17,605 nt of DNA from an uncultured archaeon (GTDB taxonomy: Archaea > Thermoproteota > Nitrososphaeria_A > Caldarchaeales > Calditenuaceae), in NCBI GenBank assembly GCA_937921685.1, contig CAKZUF010000027.1, positions 1 through 17,605 of the forward strand, in the 5' to 3' direction. Shown one piece after another: positions 8,224-15,861 of the stretch. Made by a program: the position numbers and the translations under genes. Within the stretch, counting starts at the first letter, position 1. Each line of letters starts with the position of its first letter. The notes beneath the pieces are model-generated. The model was given only the letters and a program-made list of their open reading frames with translations, was not told the DNA's origin and made no database searches.

Positions 8224-8658
8224 GTGGCGGGTCAGACCACACGTCCTAGGAAGATTCGGATTTTGCTTGCTAAGCCTGGGCTAGATGGGCATGACCGGGG
8301 GCTCTTAATTCTTGCGAGGGCGTTTAGGGATGCGGGGTTTGAGGTTGTTTATGGCGGGATTCTGAGGAGCCCTGAAGAGGTGGTTGAGACAGCAATACAA
8401 GAGGACGTTGATGTGGTGGCTCTTAGCCTTCACAACGCAGACCATATCCCAAACTTCATCAGGGTTGCTAGGCTATTGAGGGAGAGGAATGCCGGCGACA
8501 TACTGGTCGTGGGGGGCGGCATCATACCGCCAGAGCATAAACCAATCTTGGAGAGGGAGGGAATTACGGGAAACTTCGGACCCGGCACACCCCTCCAAAC
8601 AATCATAGACCATATAGTTGAGAGGGTTAGGAAGGAGAGGTGGAGGGAGGGTGTGTAA
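8224..8658 (+). CDS. Cobalamin (B12)-binding small subunit of an acyl-CoA mutase (methylmalonyl-CoA mutase C-terminal domain family)
   Basis: 144-aa ORF: 'RKIRILLAKPGLDGHDRGLLILARAFRDAGFEVVYGG' (DxHxxG motif), 'ILVVGGGIIPPEHKPIL', 'FGPGTPLQTIIDHI'. Confidence 0.92.
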   Translation: MAGQTTRPRKIRILLAKPGLDGHDRGLLILARAFRDAGFEVVYGGILRSPEEVVETAIQEDVDVVALSLHNADHIPNFIRVARLLRERNAGDILVVGGGIIPPEHKPILEREGITGNFGPGTPLQTIIDHIVERVRKERWREGV

Positions 8659-8665
8659 TGGGTGA

Positions 8666-10444
8666 CTAGATTATCAACGGCTCGCTCCAGGTCCCGAATA
8701 CTTCCCGCCCAACATTCATTATCTCCTCCAGCGTCGCATAGCTCTTGACTGCCTCTATAATGTAGGGCATGACATTGACGTTTTCGTCCTCAAATGCTTT
8801 CCGAAGGTTTTCAAGGGCTCTCTTAACTTTCTCAGAATCTCTTTCCCTCTTCACCTGCTGAAGCCTCTCAACCTGCTTCTTCACAACTTTTTCATCGACT
8901 ACTAGATACCTTATCGGCCTCTCTTCGGGGATGGTGTATTTGTTAACCCCTACCAGCACCTCCTCCCCCCTCTCGAAGGCGAGCTGGGTCCTGTAGGCCG
9001 ACTCGTGTATCTCCCTCTGAGGATAGCCGGCCTTTATCGCCTCAAGCATTCCCCCAAGCTCGTCGATTTTCTCAAAATACCTGAACGCCCCTTCCACCAT
9101 CTGCTCCGTCAGCCACTCAACATAGTAGGATCCAGCGAGGGGGTCTATCGTGTCAGCCACACCGGTCTCCTCGGCTATTATCTGCTGTGTTCTCAGAGCC
9201 ACGAGAACCGCCTCCTCGGTGGGGAGGGCCCAGGCCTCATCGTAAGAGTTTGTATGAAGCGATTGAGTTCCACCAAGCACTGCTGCAAGAGCCTCCACAG
9301 TTGTCCTGACGATGTTGTTAAGCGGCTGCTGCCACGTTAGCGACGCGCCCGATGTCTGGGTGTGGAACCTCAGCGTCATAGACCTAGGGTCTTTCGCGCC
9401 GTAGAACTCCTTCAAAACAGTCGCCCATATCTTTCTCGCCGCCCTGAATTTCGCTATCTCCTCAAAGAAATAGATTGTTGAGTTGAAGAAGAATGAGAAA
9501 CGTGGGGCAAACTGGTCGACGCTCATCCCCGAGCTGATCCCCAAATCGACGTATGTGAATCCATCCATCAGTGTGAATGCCAACTCCTGCAACGCCGTCG
9601 CTCCTGCCTCGCGTATATGGTAGCCGCTGATGCTGATGTAGTGCCAGTAGGGCATGTTCTTCGTGCAAAACTCCATCATGTCTCTTATTATGCGGAGGTG
9701 AGCCTCGGGCGTAAAGGCCCACTCCTTCTGGGCTATGAACTCTTTTAGGATGTCTGTCTGGGTAGTCCCCCTAAGCATCCTCATCGGAACCCCCTGCTTC
9801 TCGGCGACAGCTATTAGCATGGCCAAAAGCACCGCGGCGGGCGCGTTTATCGTCATCGATACGCTCACCTTATCTAGCGGAATTCCATCAAAGATTATCT
9901 CCATGTCTCTGACCGTGGCGACGGAGACTCCGCATTTCCCAACTTCTCCCTCACATCTCGGGTTATCGGGGTCATAGCCATAGAGGGTGGGTGTGTCGAA
10001 GGCGATGCTTAGACCCGTCTCACCGTGCTCCAAGAGGAAGCGGAAACGCTTGTTAGTGTCTTCAGGCGTTCCAAAGCCTGCGAACTGTCTCATAGTCCAT
10101 AGCCTGCCCCTGTACATTGTGGTATAGACGCCGCGTGTGAATGGGTATTGCCCCGAGAATCCTAGGTCACTCTCATAGTCGAGCCATTTAACGTCAAGTG
10201 GGGTGTATAGGGGCTTGACCTCGAATCCTGAGGGTGTTTTAAAGAGGCTTTTCCGCTCACCGGCTGCCGCTGCCTCGGCATACCGCTTACCCCAATCCTT
10301 AAAACTTTGTTCGAGCCTTTCCAAAAAGTCAGCCCTATACATCGGGGAGACCATGCGCCTCCTGTTGAGGGATTCGAGCTTATCTCTCCAGTAGGGGAGG
10401 CGCTTAACACTATACTGGCTGAGACGCTCAGATATTCCTGCCAC
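8666..10444 (-). CDS. Acyl-CoA mutase large subunit (methylmalonyl-/isobutyryl-CoA mutase family)
   Basis: 592-aa ORF: '[35 protein letters not shown]', '[21 protein letters not shown]', '[24 protein letters not shown]'. GTG start. Confidence 0.95.
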   Translation of the reverse strand: MAGISERLSQYSVKRLPYWRDKLESLNRRRMVSPMYRADFLERLEQSFKDWGKRYAEAAAAGERKSLFKTPSGFEVKPLYTPLDVKWLDYESDLGFSGQYPFTRGVYTTMYRGRLWTMRQFAGFGTPEDTNKRFRFLLEHGETGLSIAFDTPTLYGYDPDNPRCEGEVGKCGVSVATVRDMEIIFDGIPLDKVSVSMTINAPAAVLLAMLIAVAEKQGVPMRMLRGTTQTDILKEFIAQKEWAFTPEAHLRIIRDMMEFCTKNMPYWHYISISGYHIREAGATALQELAFTLMDGFTYVDLGISSGMSVDQFAPRFSFFFNSTIYFFEEIAKFRAARKIWATVLKEFYGAKDPRSMTLRFHTQTSGASLTWQQPLNNIVRTTVEALAAVLGGTQSLHTNSYDEAWALPTEEAVLVALRTQQIIAEETGVADTIDPLAGSYYVEWLTEQMVEGAFRYFEKIDELGGMLEAIKAGYPQREIHESAYRTQLAFERGEEVLVGVNKYTIPEERPIRYLVVDEKVVKKQVERLQQVKRERDSEKVKRALENLRKAFEDENVNVMPYIIEAVKSYATLEEIMNVGREVFGTWSEPLII

Positions 10445-10463
10445 GAAACATCTAGTGCCTCAG

Positions 10464-10473
10464 AGGCTTATAA
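10464..10473 (-). promoter_or_regulatory. Candidate TATA box for the mutase large subunit
   Basis: Minus-strand 'gtttataagcc' lies about 26 nt upstream of the GTG at 10444 and just before the meaB stop at 10477. Confidence 0.45.
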
Positions 10474-10476
10474 ACA

Positions 10477-11442
10477 CTATATCTTCCTCGCCCATTCTAA
10501 TACTCTGTCCATCATTTTTCGGGCTACAGCCTTTGGGTCAAGGCCCTCAGCTACAAGTCTCTCGACCTCAGCTATAAACTCCTTATCCGAGGAAAACGTT
10601 TCAACCGCGACTCTAAAGTCCTCCATAATCAAGGCCGCCACCTCCGCTATGTTCTGTCGCCTTCTCCTGGCCTGAAGCCCGCCGTCAGCTTTGAGCTGCT
10701 CCCACTTTCTCAAGAGTGTTTCAGCCAGCACATCTACACCCTCACCACGCGTTGCAATCGTCCTCAAGACAACCGGCCTGTCTCCGCCCCTGCCAAGCAT
10801 AGCCTCGAGCATTGAAGCTATGTAAGAGCTTCTAGAATCATCCGCCTTGTTGACGACGTAGACATCGCCTATTTCGAGGAGGCCCGCTTTTATGGCCTGG
10901 ATACTATCCCCCATATCGGGTGTAACAACTATAGCCACCACGTCTGCGACATCATTGATGGATACATCGGTCTGCCCAGCCCCTGCGGTCTCCACCAATA
11001 TGACGTCAAAACCTGAGGCATCAAGGACGCGGATAACAGACCTCACATACGCTACAACCCCACCCCTCGCACCACGCGTAGCCATGCTCCTGATAAACAC
11101 GCCCGGCGCAGAAGCGATCGACACCATCCTAACCCTGTCACCTAAAACCGCTCCACCCGTGAATGGGCTTGAAGGGTCTATCGCCAGAACAGCCACCCTC
11201 AAACCACTGCCCCTCAAATATTCACCGATTCTGCCTATGAGGGTGCTTTTCCCCGACCCCGGAGGGCCGGAGAAGCCTATGACGGGGCTGCCCCTGACAT
11301 GCTTCGAGAGCCTTGACAGGATGGACTCGGCCTCTCCGCCACGCACCTCCACAATACTGATAGCTCTTGCAAGGGATCTGGTGTCTCCGGCTAATACCTT
11401 GTCGACAAGACGGTCAGCATCAGACATTCCCTGCAAAGACAT
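10477..11442 (-). CDS. meaB: MeaB/ArgK-type G3E-family GTPase, acyl-CoA mutase chaperone
   Basis: 321-aa ORF: 'VIGFSGPPGSGKSTLIGRIGEYLRGSGLRVAVLAIDPSSPFTGGAVLGDRVRM', 'ILVETAGAGQTDVSI', 'VVNKADD'; adjacent to the mutase. Confidence 0.95.
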   Translation of the reverse strand: MSLQGMSDADRLVDKVLAGDTRSLARAISIVEVRGGEAESILSRLSKHVRGSPVIGFSGPPGSGKSTLIGRIGEYLRGSGLRVAVLAIDPSSPFTGGAVLGDRVRMVSIASAPGVFIRSMATRGARGGVVAYVRSVIRVLDASGFDVILVETAGAGQTDVSINDVADVVAIVVTPDMGDSIQAIKAGLLEIGDVYVVNKADDSRSSYIASMLEAMLGRGGDRPVVLRTIATRGEGVDVLAETLLRKWEQLKADGGLQARRRRQNIAEVAALIMEDFRVAVETFSSDKEFIAEVERLVAEGLDPKAVARKMMDRVLEWARKI

Positions 11443-11621
11443 ACCAACGTCATCCTATATGTATTAACTTCGCCGACCATTAATGGCTGCTTTTTTAATA
11501 TATCAATAAACAGGCGACAGCCTAAAAACCTCAGTAGCGCCTCATACACCTCCACTAATTATGAGCCTTTGACACTCTCTATGGCTAAAGCTAGGAGACC
11601 CGCGATTCCTCAGGCCATGCA

Positions 11622-11723
11622 TCATTGTATCGAGTTTTGGACCCTGTCGAGGGGGCCTCCTATTATGGAGACCTGCCCCGAAGCCCGCTTAGGTATGTTT
11701 ATGGCGCCGTTACAGTCTGTGTG
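11622..11723 (-). pseudogene. Putative C-terminal remnant of IS200/IS605-type TnpB (OrfB)
   Basis: Minus-strand translation HTDCNGAINIPKRASGQVSIIGGPLDRVQNSIQ* resembles the TnpB C-terminal 'H/D-R-D-x-N-x-A-x-N-I' motif and tail; a stop lies just upstream in frame. Confidence 0.4.
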
Positions 11724-11842
11724 TAGCCTTTATAGCGACCCGCCAAAAATGAATAACCTGACAAGTATCTAGACTAGTCGACGATTCGTCTCAGAGCCAG
11801 GCCGGCTGACTTTCTGATTTTCCTTCCCGCCCATGGTGGGGA

Positions 11843-12700
11843 TTAAGTACCGTTTCTCTCAGAGATGTGCAATCTTCTAGCCAATTCCTTGAAGTCTATG
11901 TATCTCCTTAATGTTTCATCAATTATGATTGTTCTGAGTATCTCATCTCTCGAGAACAGAAGTTTCCCTCTCGTGAAGACGTGATATTTGAGCGGGAGCG
12001 GCGCCTCGTTTAATACGTGCAGGTCTATTGGATATCCGATCCTAGTCTCTAGGCTTGCAGATAGGCTGACCGTGTAGTAGAATGCTTTTTTAGGATCCTT
12101 TACCCATACTGCGATGTCAATATCTCTGAAGAATGATCTTTCTACGAAGCCTCCATGGATATAGGCGAAGACCACTCCATCAATGGGTCTAAGCTCCTTG
12201 TATAGAGATTCTATAAGCTTGGCCTTCTCTTTCGGAGAAAGCTCATAATATTTGAATTTTGAAAAAGCTTCATCTACATCAGGATCAGCTGCCAAGAAGT
12301 TCCTTATATAGGACACGTATTTCTCGAAATCCATTAGGCCGACCTTAATGCTCTCATAAACCTTCTTATCGTCGACAGTCCAGTATCTACGGACTAGAAG
12401 GTTTCTTAGTCTAGCAGCCGCTGAGAGCTTTTCAGCCAACTCCCTAGGTATTACTTCTTTAGCTCCTAGCCTGGCGAAACATTCAGAATAACCTTCAGCC
12501 CTCTCGCCGAAGACATTCATAAGCACGTGCAAGCACATGCTCACCGACGACTCAACGAGCTGTATAACTAAGTATCTTATTGAAAGCCTTTCGTAGACGT
12601 TTAATTCTTCAAACCCTTTATCTGCCAGCCTTTTAATCATCTGAATCGCATCATTAATCTCCATAATCCTTGCCTCGATAAAATCAGTGTTCACATTCAA
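11843..12700 (-). CDS. Fused HEPN (HepT/DUF86-like) - minimal nucleotidyltransferase (MntA-like) protein
   Basis: 285-aa ORF: N-terminal 'RNLLVRRYWTVDDKKVYESI' (HepT RX4HXY region), C-terminal 'GGFVERSFFRDIDIAVWV...GYPIDLHVLNEAPLPLKY' (MNT motif). Confidence 0.75.
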   Translation of the reverse strand: MNVNTDFIEARIMEINDAIQMIKRLADKGFEELNVYERLSIRYLVIQLVESSVSMCLHVLMNVFGERAEGYSECFARLGAKEVIPRELAEKLSAAARLRNLLVRRYWTVDDKKVYESIKVGLMDFEKYVSYIRNFLAADPDVDEAFSKFKYYELSPKEKAKLIESLYKELRPIDGVVFAYIHGGFVERSFFRDIDIAVWVKDPKKAFYYTVSLSASLETRIGYPIDLHVLNEAPLPLKYHVFTRGKLLFSRDEILRTIIIDETLRRYIDFKELARRLHISERNGT

Positions 12701-12954
12701 AACTGCTCACGCTCCAGCAACATTCAGCCCATAATCATCCTAGATTACCCCCTCTTTTATCTTCGCATCACGGTAATCTCGCCACCGGCTCCTGAAGCGC
12801 TAAGTGACGAGTGGAGGGCGCTAAGATTGGTTTTGAGTTTAAAAAGGTTGGATTCCCTGATAGACATTGTCTGGACAAGCATGGCTAGCCGTCTATATCC
12901 AGTAAACTTCCAATGATCTCCGCTGCTGGCGAAATACGGGGATGGATTCGAGAA

Positions 12955-13329
12955 TCAGAGTAGTGCCAACCCGTATGGTCTGGAGTGCTCCACATTCCCT
13001 GTTGACGGGTCCACCTTTAATCCGAGCCCCTCGAGGGCTGTGGTGCCGAGTAACGGCTCCGGGGATTCCAAGATTACTACGGGGAGTATCCCCTCCCTAT
13101 CCAGCATCCTCATGTAGGCGAGGGATACGCCGGCTTCGACAACCCGCTTATCGGCCAGCGTTAAGCTGGTCTTAGCATACGGCCTGATTCCCAGCTCTTC
13201 AGCGATTGCCTGTGGAATCACTGTGTAGAAGGCCCCGGTGTCAAATAGGAAGTCGAGTTCCACGGTTGAGGTCCTATCAACATTCCCTACGAAAGCCTTG
13301 ACTCTCACGTAACCCACAGCCAGCTCCAT
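12955..13329 (-). CDS. Retropepsin-like (clan AA) aspartyl protease
   Basis: 124-aa ORF with 'LDFLFDTGAFYTVIPQAIAEELGI' (DTG motif) and 'LLGTTALEGLGLKVDPSTG'. Confidence 0.8.
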   Translation of the reverse strand: MELAVGYVRVKAFVGNVDRTSTVELDFLFDTGAFYTVIPQAIAEELGIRPYAKTSLTLADKRVVEAGVSLAYMRMLDREGILPVVILESPEPLLGTTALEGLGLKVDPSTGNVEHSRPYGLALL

Positions 13330-13732
13330 GCTCTAGCAGAGGCACCAAAAAATAGACGTGTTGTCAGTAAAGTAGTGACATTGCAACATAAGCTGAGAGA
13401 CTGTTTTATTCATCATCCTCCCCCTCTCGCCTATAACCCACTTGGATGACGAGACGTAAACTATTCTTACATCACCGAGCCTATAGAGCTCCATATCCAC
13501 GGTTTACCACTCCTCCAGTCTCCAAGCCCTCCTAACCTTGATGTCGCTCACCATCTACAGTACCCTCCATCCCTCGGCTACCGCGCTCTGACTCGAGCTC
13601 TCTTACCGCATTTTTCCGAGCTGATGCCAATTCTACTCTTAGTCTTCAAATCTATTCTTGTTATGGCCCAGACATCCTTCATGAGCGTCCAAAGGCTATG
13701 AGGGATGGTGATTGTGATTTCGATGATGGGTT

Positions 13733-13792
13733 GAAGAAGCCTATGACGAGGCTACTCCTGACATGCTTCAAAAACCTTGACAGAATGGACTC
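13733..13792 (-). pseudogene. Relic of a meaB-like gene (region just before the P-loop)
   Basis: Minus translation ESILSRFLKHVRSSLVIGFF matches intact MeaB ESILSRLSKHVRGSPVIGFS; 52 of 60 nt identical to 11269-11328 by manual alignment. Confidence 0.8.
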
Positions 13793-14171
13793 GATATACG
13801 TTTACCGTTTCTTCGATCGGGGATAGGCGGTATGGCTTGACCCGTTCACGAGTAATTCTGTTGATGTTATATTTGATAAGGTGACATTTTCCTTGACGTC
13901 CCCCAAGGCAAGAATGGATGTAGGCTCAAGTCATTGGGTAGTAGAGTTAGATACCGCGAAATAGATGCGCTGTTGAAGAAATTCTCGTTCTTAGCCTTCG
14001 GAACGTTTGATGCCCAGCTCTCATAAGACTTTTCCACCGCAGTAGGGCTGGCCACCGGTAGGGGTTACTAGAACATCAGCGCCTCATCAGCCTATGTCAC
14101 GGCCTTATATGGCTCTCCCAATTGTTGGTGAGCTAGGGATAGATAGTTTAATCCTTAGATTTTCCCTCAAA

Positions 14172-14179
14172 CTTATATA
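14172..14179 (+). promoter_or_regulatory. Box A (TATA) for tRNA-Ile
   Basis: 'cttatata' about 25 nt upstream of the tRNA 5' end at 14201. Confidence 0.5.
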
Positions 14180-14200
14180 CACATTCAATGACGTATTCTT

Positions 14201-14275
14201 GGGCCCGTAGCTCAGCCTGGCTGGAGCGTCCGGCTGATAACCGGAAGGTCGTGGGTTCAAATCCCACCGGGCCCA
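14201..14275 (+). tRNA. tRNA-Ile (anticodon GAU), no intron, CCA not encoded
   Basis: Acceptor gggcccg/cgggccc plus discriminator a; anticodon stem tccgg-ctGATaa-ccgga; T arm gtggg-ttcaaat-cccac. Anticodon at 14236-14238. Confidence 0.96.
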
Positions 14276-14390
14276 CAAAAGGTGCTTCGCATTCATCTTT
14301 ATTCTTTATTACTCATGGTTATAGTATAGTATGCGTTTTTTAAAATTAGTTAAAATATAAACTATTGTACGATTTGTTTGGTGTTTTCAT

Positions 14391-15623
14391 ATGGCAAATA
14401 GGTGGGTGTATGTCTTCGCCGGTCTTGTTGCCAACCTGCTTTTGGGAACCATTTATAGCTGGAGTGTGTTTAGGAAGCCTCTTGAGGTGCTTCTGGGCTG
14501 GGGTGGCTTTGAATCAGGTATACCCTTCTCGATCTTTCTCCTATTCTTTGCGATCTGTATGCCGCTCGGTGGCAGTATTTTGAGGACCTACAGTTCGAGG
14601 CGTGTTGTGTTGTTGGGTGCGATGCTGGTGGGTTTAGGTTGGATTTTATCCGGTCTTGCACTAGAGACACAATCTCCCTTGTTATATGTCATTCTCTTTT
14701 ATGGTGTCTTGGCTGGGTCTGGGGTTGCACTGATCTATAACTCGACAATCACTGTCTCGAGCCACTGGGTCCCTGAAAGGAGGGGGTTGGCGGTAGGCCT
14801 AACTGTCTTGGGCTTCGGCATCTCACCCCTCGTAACAGCCCCACTCGCGAATTATCTAATAGCCAGCCAAGGTGTAAAGAACTCGTTCATCATACTTGGA
14901 GTGGGCTATGGGCTAATACTTCTCGCCCTTTCACCCCTGATGTCACTTCCGAGGCTTGAGAAGCGCGGGGGTCAGCCAAGAGCTGACTTACAGCAGCCGA
15001 CAGGGCTAAGGGAGTTCACACCGGGCATGATGGTTAGGTCGAAGAGTTTCGCGGGACTCTGGCTTGCATATGCGCTTGGTACTCTGGGGGGATTTATTGC
15101 GATAAGCCAGGCTGCTAAGTTTGGGCAGGAGGTTGTTAGGCTAAGCCCCGAGCTGGCCGCTGCTGCCACCGGGGTCTTTGCAATATTCAACGGGCTTGGG
15201 AGGCCCTTATTCGGATACCTCGCGGACAGGATGAAGATAAATGTCGTGTCCAGCATCTCCTTCTTACTGGCCATCGCTGCGGCCTTGTTGGCGACACAGG
15301 CAAGTACACTCCCCATCTACATCATCTCCTATTCGATCCTCTGGCTAGTCTTCGGTGGTTGGCTAGCCCTAGCACCCAAGGCTACATCACTTTTCTTCGG
15401 CATTCAGAACCTGTCGGTTAACTATGGAATCGTGTTCACAGCCTATGGGGCCTCGGCCCTAGCCGGTCCAACACTATCAGCGTCTCTCTGGGAACTACTG
15501 GGACACTATTCACCTGTCTTCATCACAGTGGCAGCCCTCAGCGCCCTAGGCCTAGTCGTCTCAAACCTCATGCTCAAACCGCCTGCGATACCTGAGCGGA
15601 AGATCCCCATAAAGGTGAGGTAG
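14391..15623 (+). CDS. MFS transporter, OxlT-like (oxalate/formate antiporter-like)
   Basis: 410-aa multi-TM ORF: 'LLLGTIYSWSVFRKPLE', 'GLAVGLTVLGFGISPLVTAPLANYLI', 'NGLGRPLFGYLADR'. Confidence 0.88.
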   Translation: MANRWVYVFAGLVANLLLGTIYSWSVFRKPLEVLLGWGGFESGIPFSIFLLFFAICMPLGGSILRTYSSRRVVLLGAMLVGLGWILSGLALETQSPLLYVILFYGVLAGSGVALIYNSTITVSSHWVPERRGLAVGLTVLGFGISPLVTAPLANYLIASQGVKNSFIILGVGYGLILLALSPLMSLPRLEKRGGQPRADLQQPTGLREFTPGMMVRSKSFAGLWLAYALGTLGGFIAISQAAKFGQEVVRLSPELAAAATGVFAIFNGLGRPLFGYLADRMKINVVSSISFLLAIAAALLATQASTLPIYIISYSILWLVFGGWLALAPKATSLFFGIQNLSVNYGIVFTAYGASALAGPTLSASLWELLGHYSPVFITVAALSALGLVVSNLMLKPPAIPERKIPIKVR

Positions 15624-15747
15624 TGGGGCAGCCTTAGAGAAGGGCTCAGATACCCCAGGAAAATTCATCAAGGACTATCCTCCCTGAGTCCCACATCATC
15701 GCCTAGTCTTACGAGCTAACTGCTCCTAGATAAATTGTTTACTAGCT

Positions 15748-15785
15748 GGGTTCTGAGCCACGCTAGACCGCGCGGCCCAGAACCC
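15748..15785. other. Strong imperfect hairpin upstream of srp54
   Basis: gggttctgagcc (15748-15759) can pair with ggcccagaaccc (15774-15785), 11 of 12 positions complementary, 14-nt loop. Confidence 0.6.
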
Positions 15786-15815
15786 GCCGTCTGAGGGGGA
15801 GGTTGGTTGGGCGGC

Positions 15816-15823
15816 TTTATAAT
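15816..15823 (+). promoter_or_regulatory. Candidate TATA box (tttataat) for srp54
   Basis: About 40 nt upstream of ATG 15862, which would leave a short G-rich leader. Confidence 0.45.
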
Positions 15824-15861
15824 CTGGGTAGGGGCTTGAGTTTGTAGGGTGGGGCTGCGGG

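Noticed and set aside
10892-11467. 191-aa plus-strand ORF opposite meaB
   Set aside because: Shadow ORF of meaB, which has a clear P-loop and family signature on the minus strand.
11569-11772. 67-aa plus-strand ORF upstream of meaB
   Set aside because: No recognisable features; the opposite strand carries the more informative TnpB-like fragment.
13333-13502. Possible short gene starting VDMELYRLGDVRIVYVSSSK on the minus strand
   Set aside because: The frame terminates after 23 codons; joining it to the next open stretch would need a frameshift with no supporting evidence.
13720-13763. C/D box sRNA-like pair (cgatgatg ... cctgac)
   Set aside because: It falls at the MeaB relic, has poor box spacing and no convincing D'/C' boxes; likely coincidence.
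13867-14055. 62-aa ORF (-) in the degraded zone
   Set aside because: No recognisable motif or family; not supportable as a gene.
14201-14275. tRNA-Ile as an attachment site for an integrated element
   Set aside because: No second copy of the tRNA 3' end was found by eye in the window and no integrase gene is present; kept only as a question.
14105-14296. Minus-strand ORF 'MNAKHLLWARWDLNPRPSGYQPDAPARLSYGPK...'
   Set aside because: This is the antisense translation of the tRNA-Ile gene; the WDLNPRPSGYQP string is a known tRNA-derived artefact.
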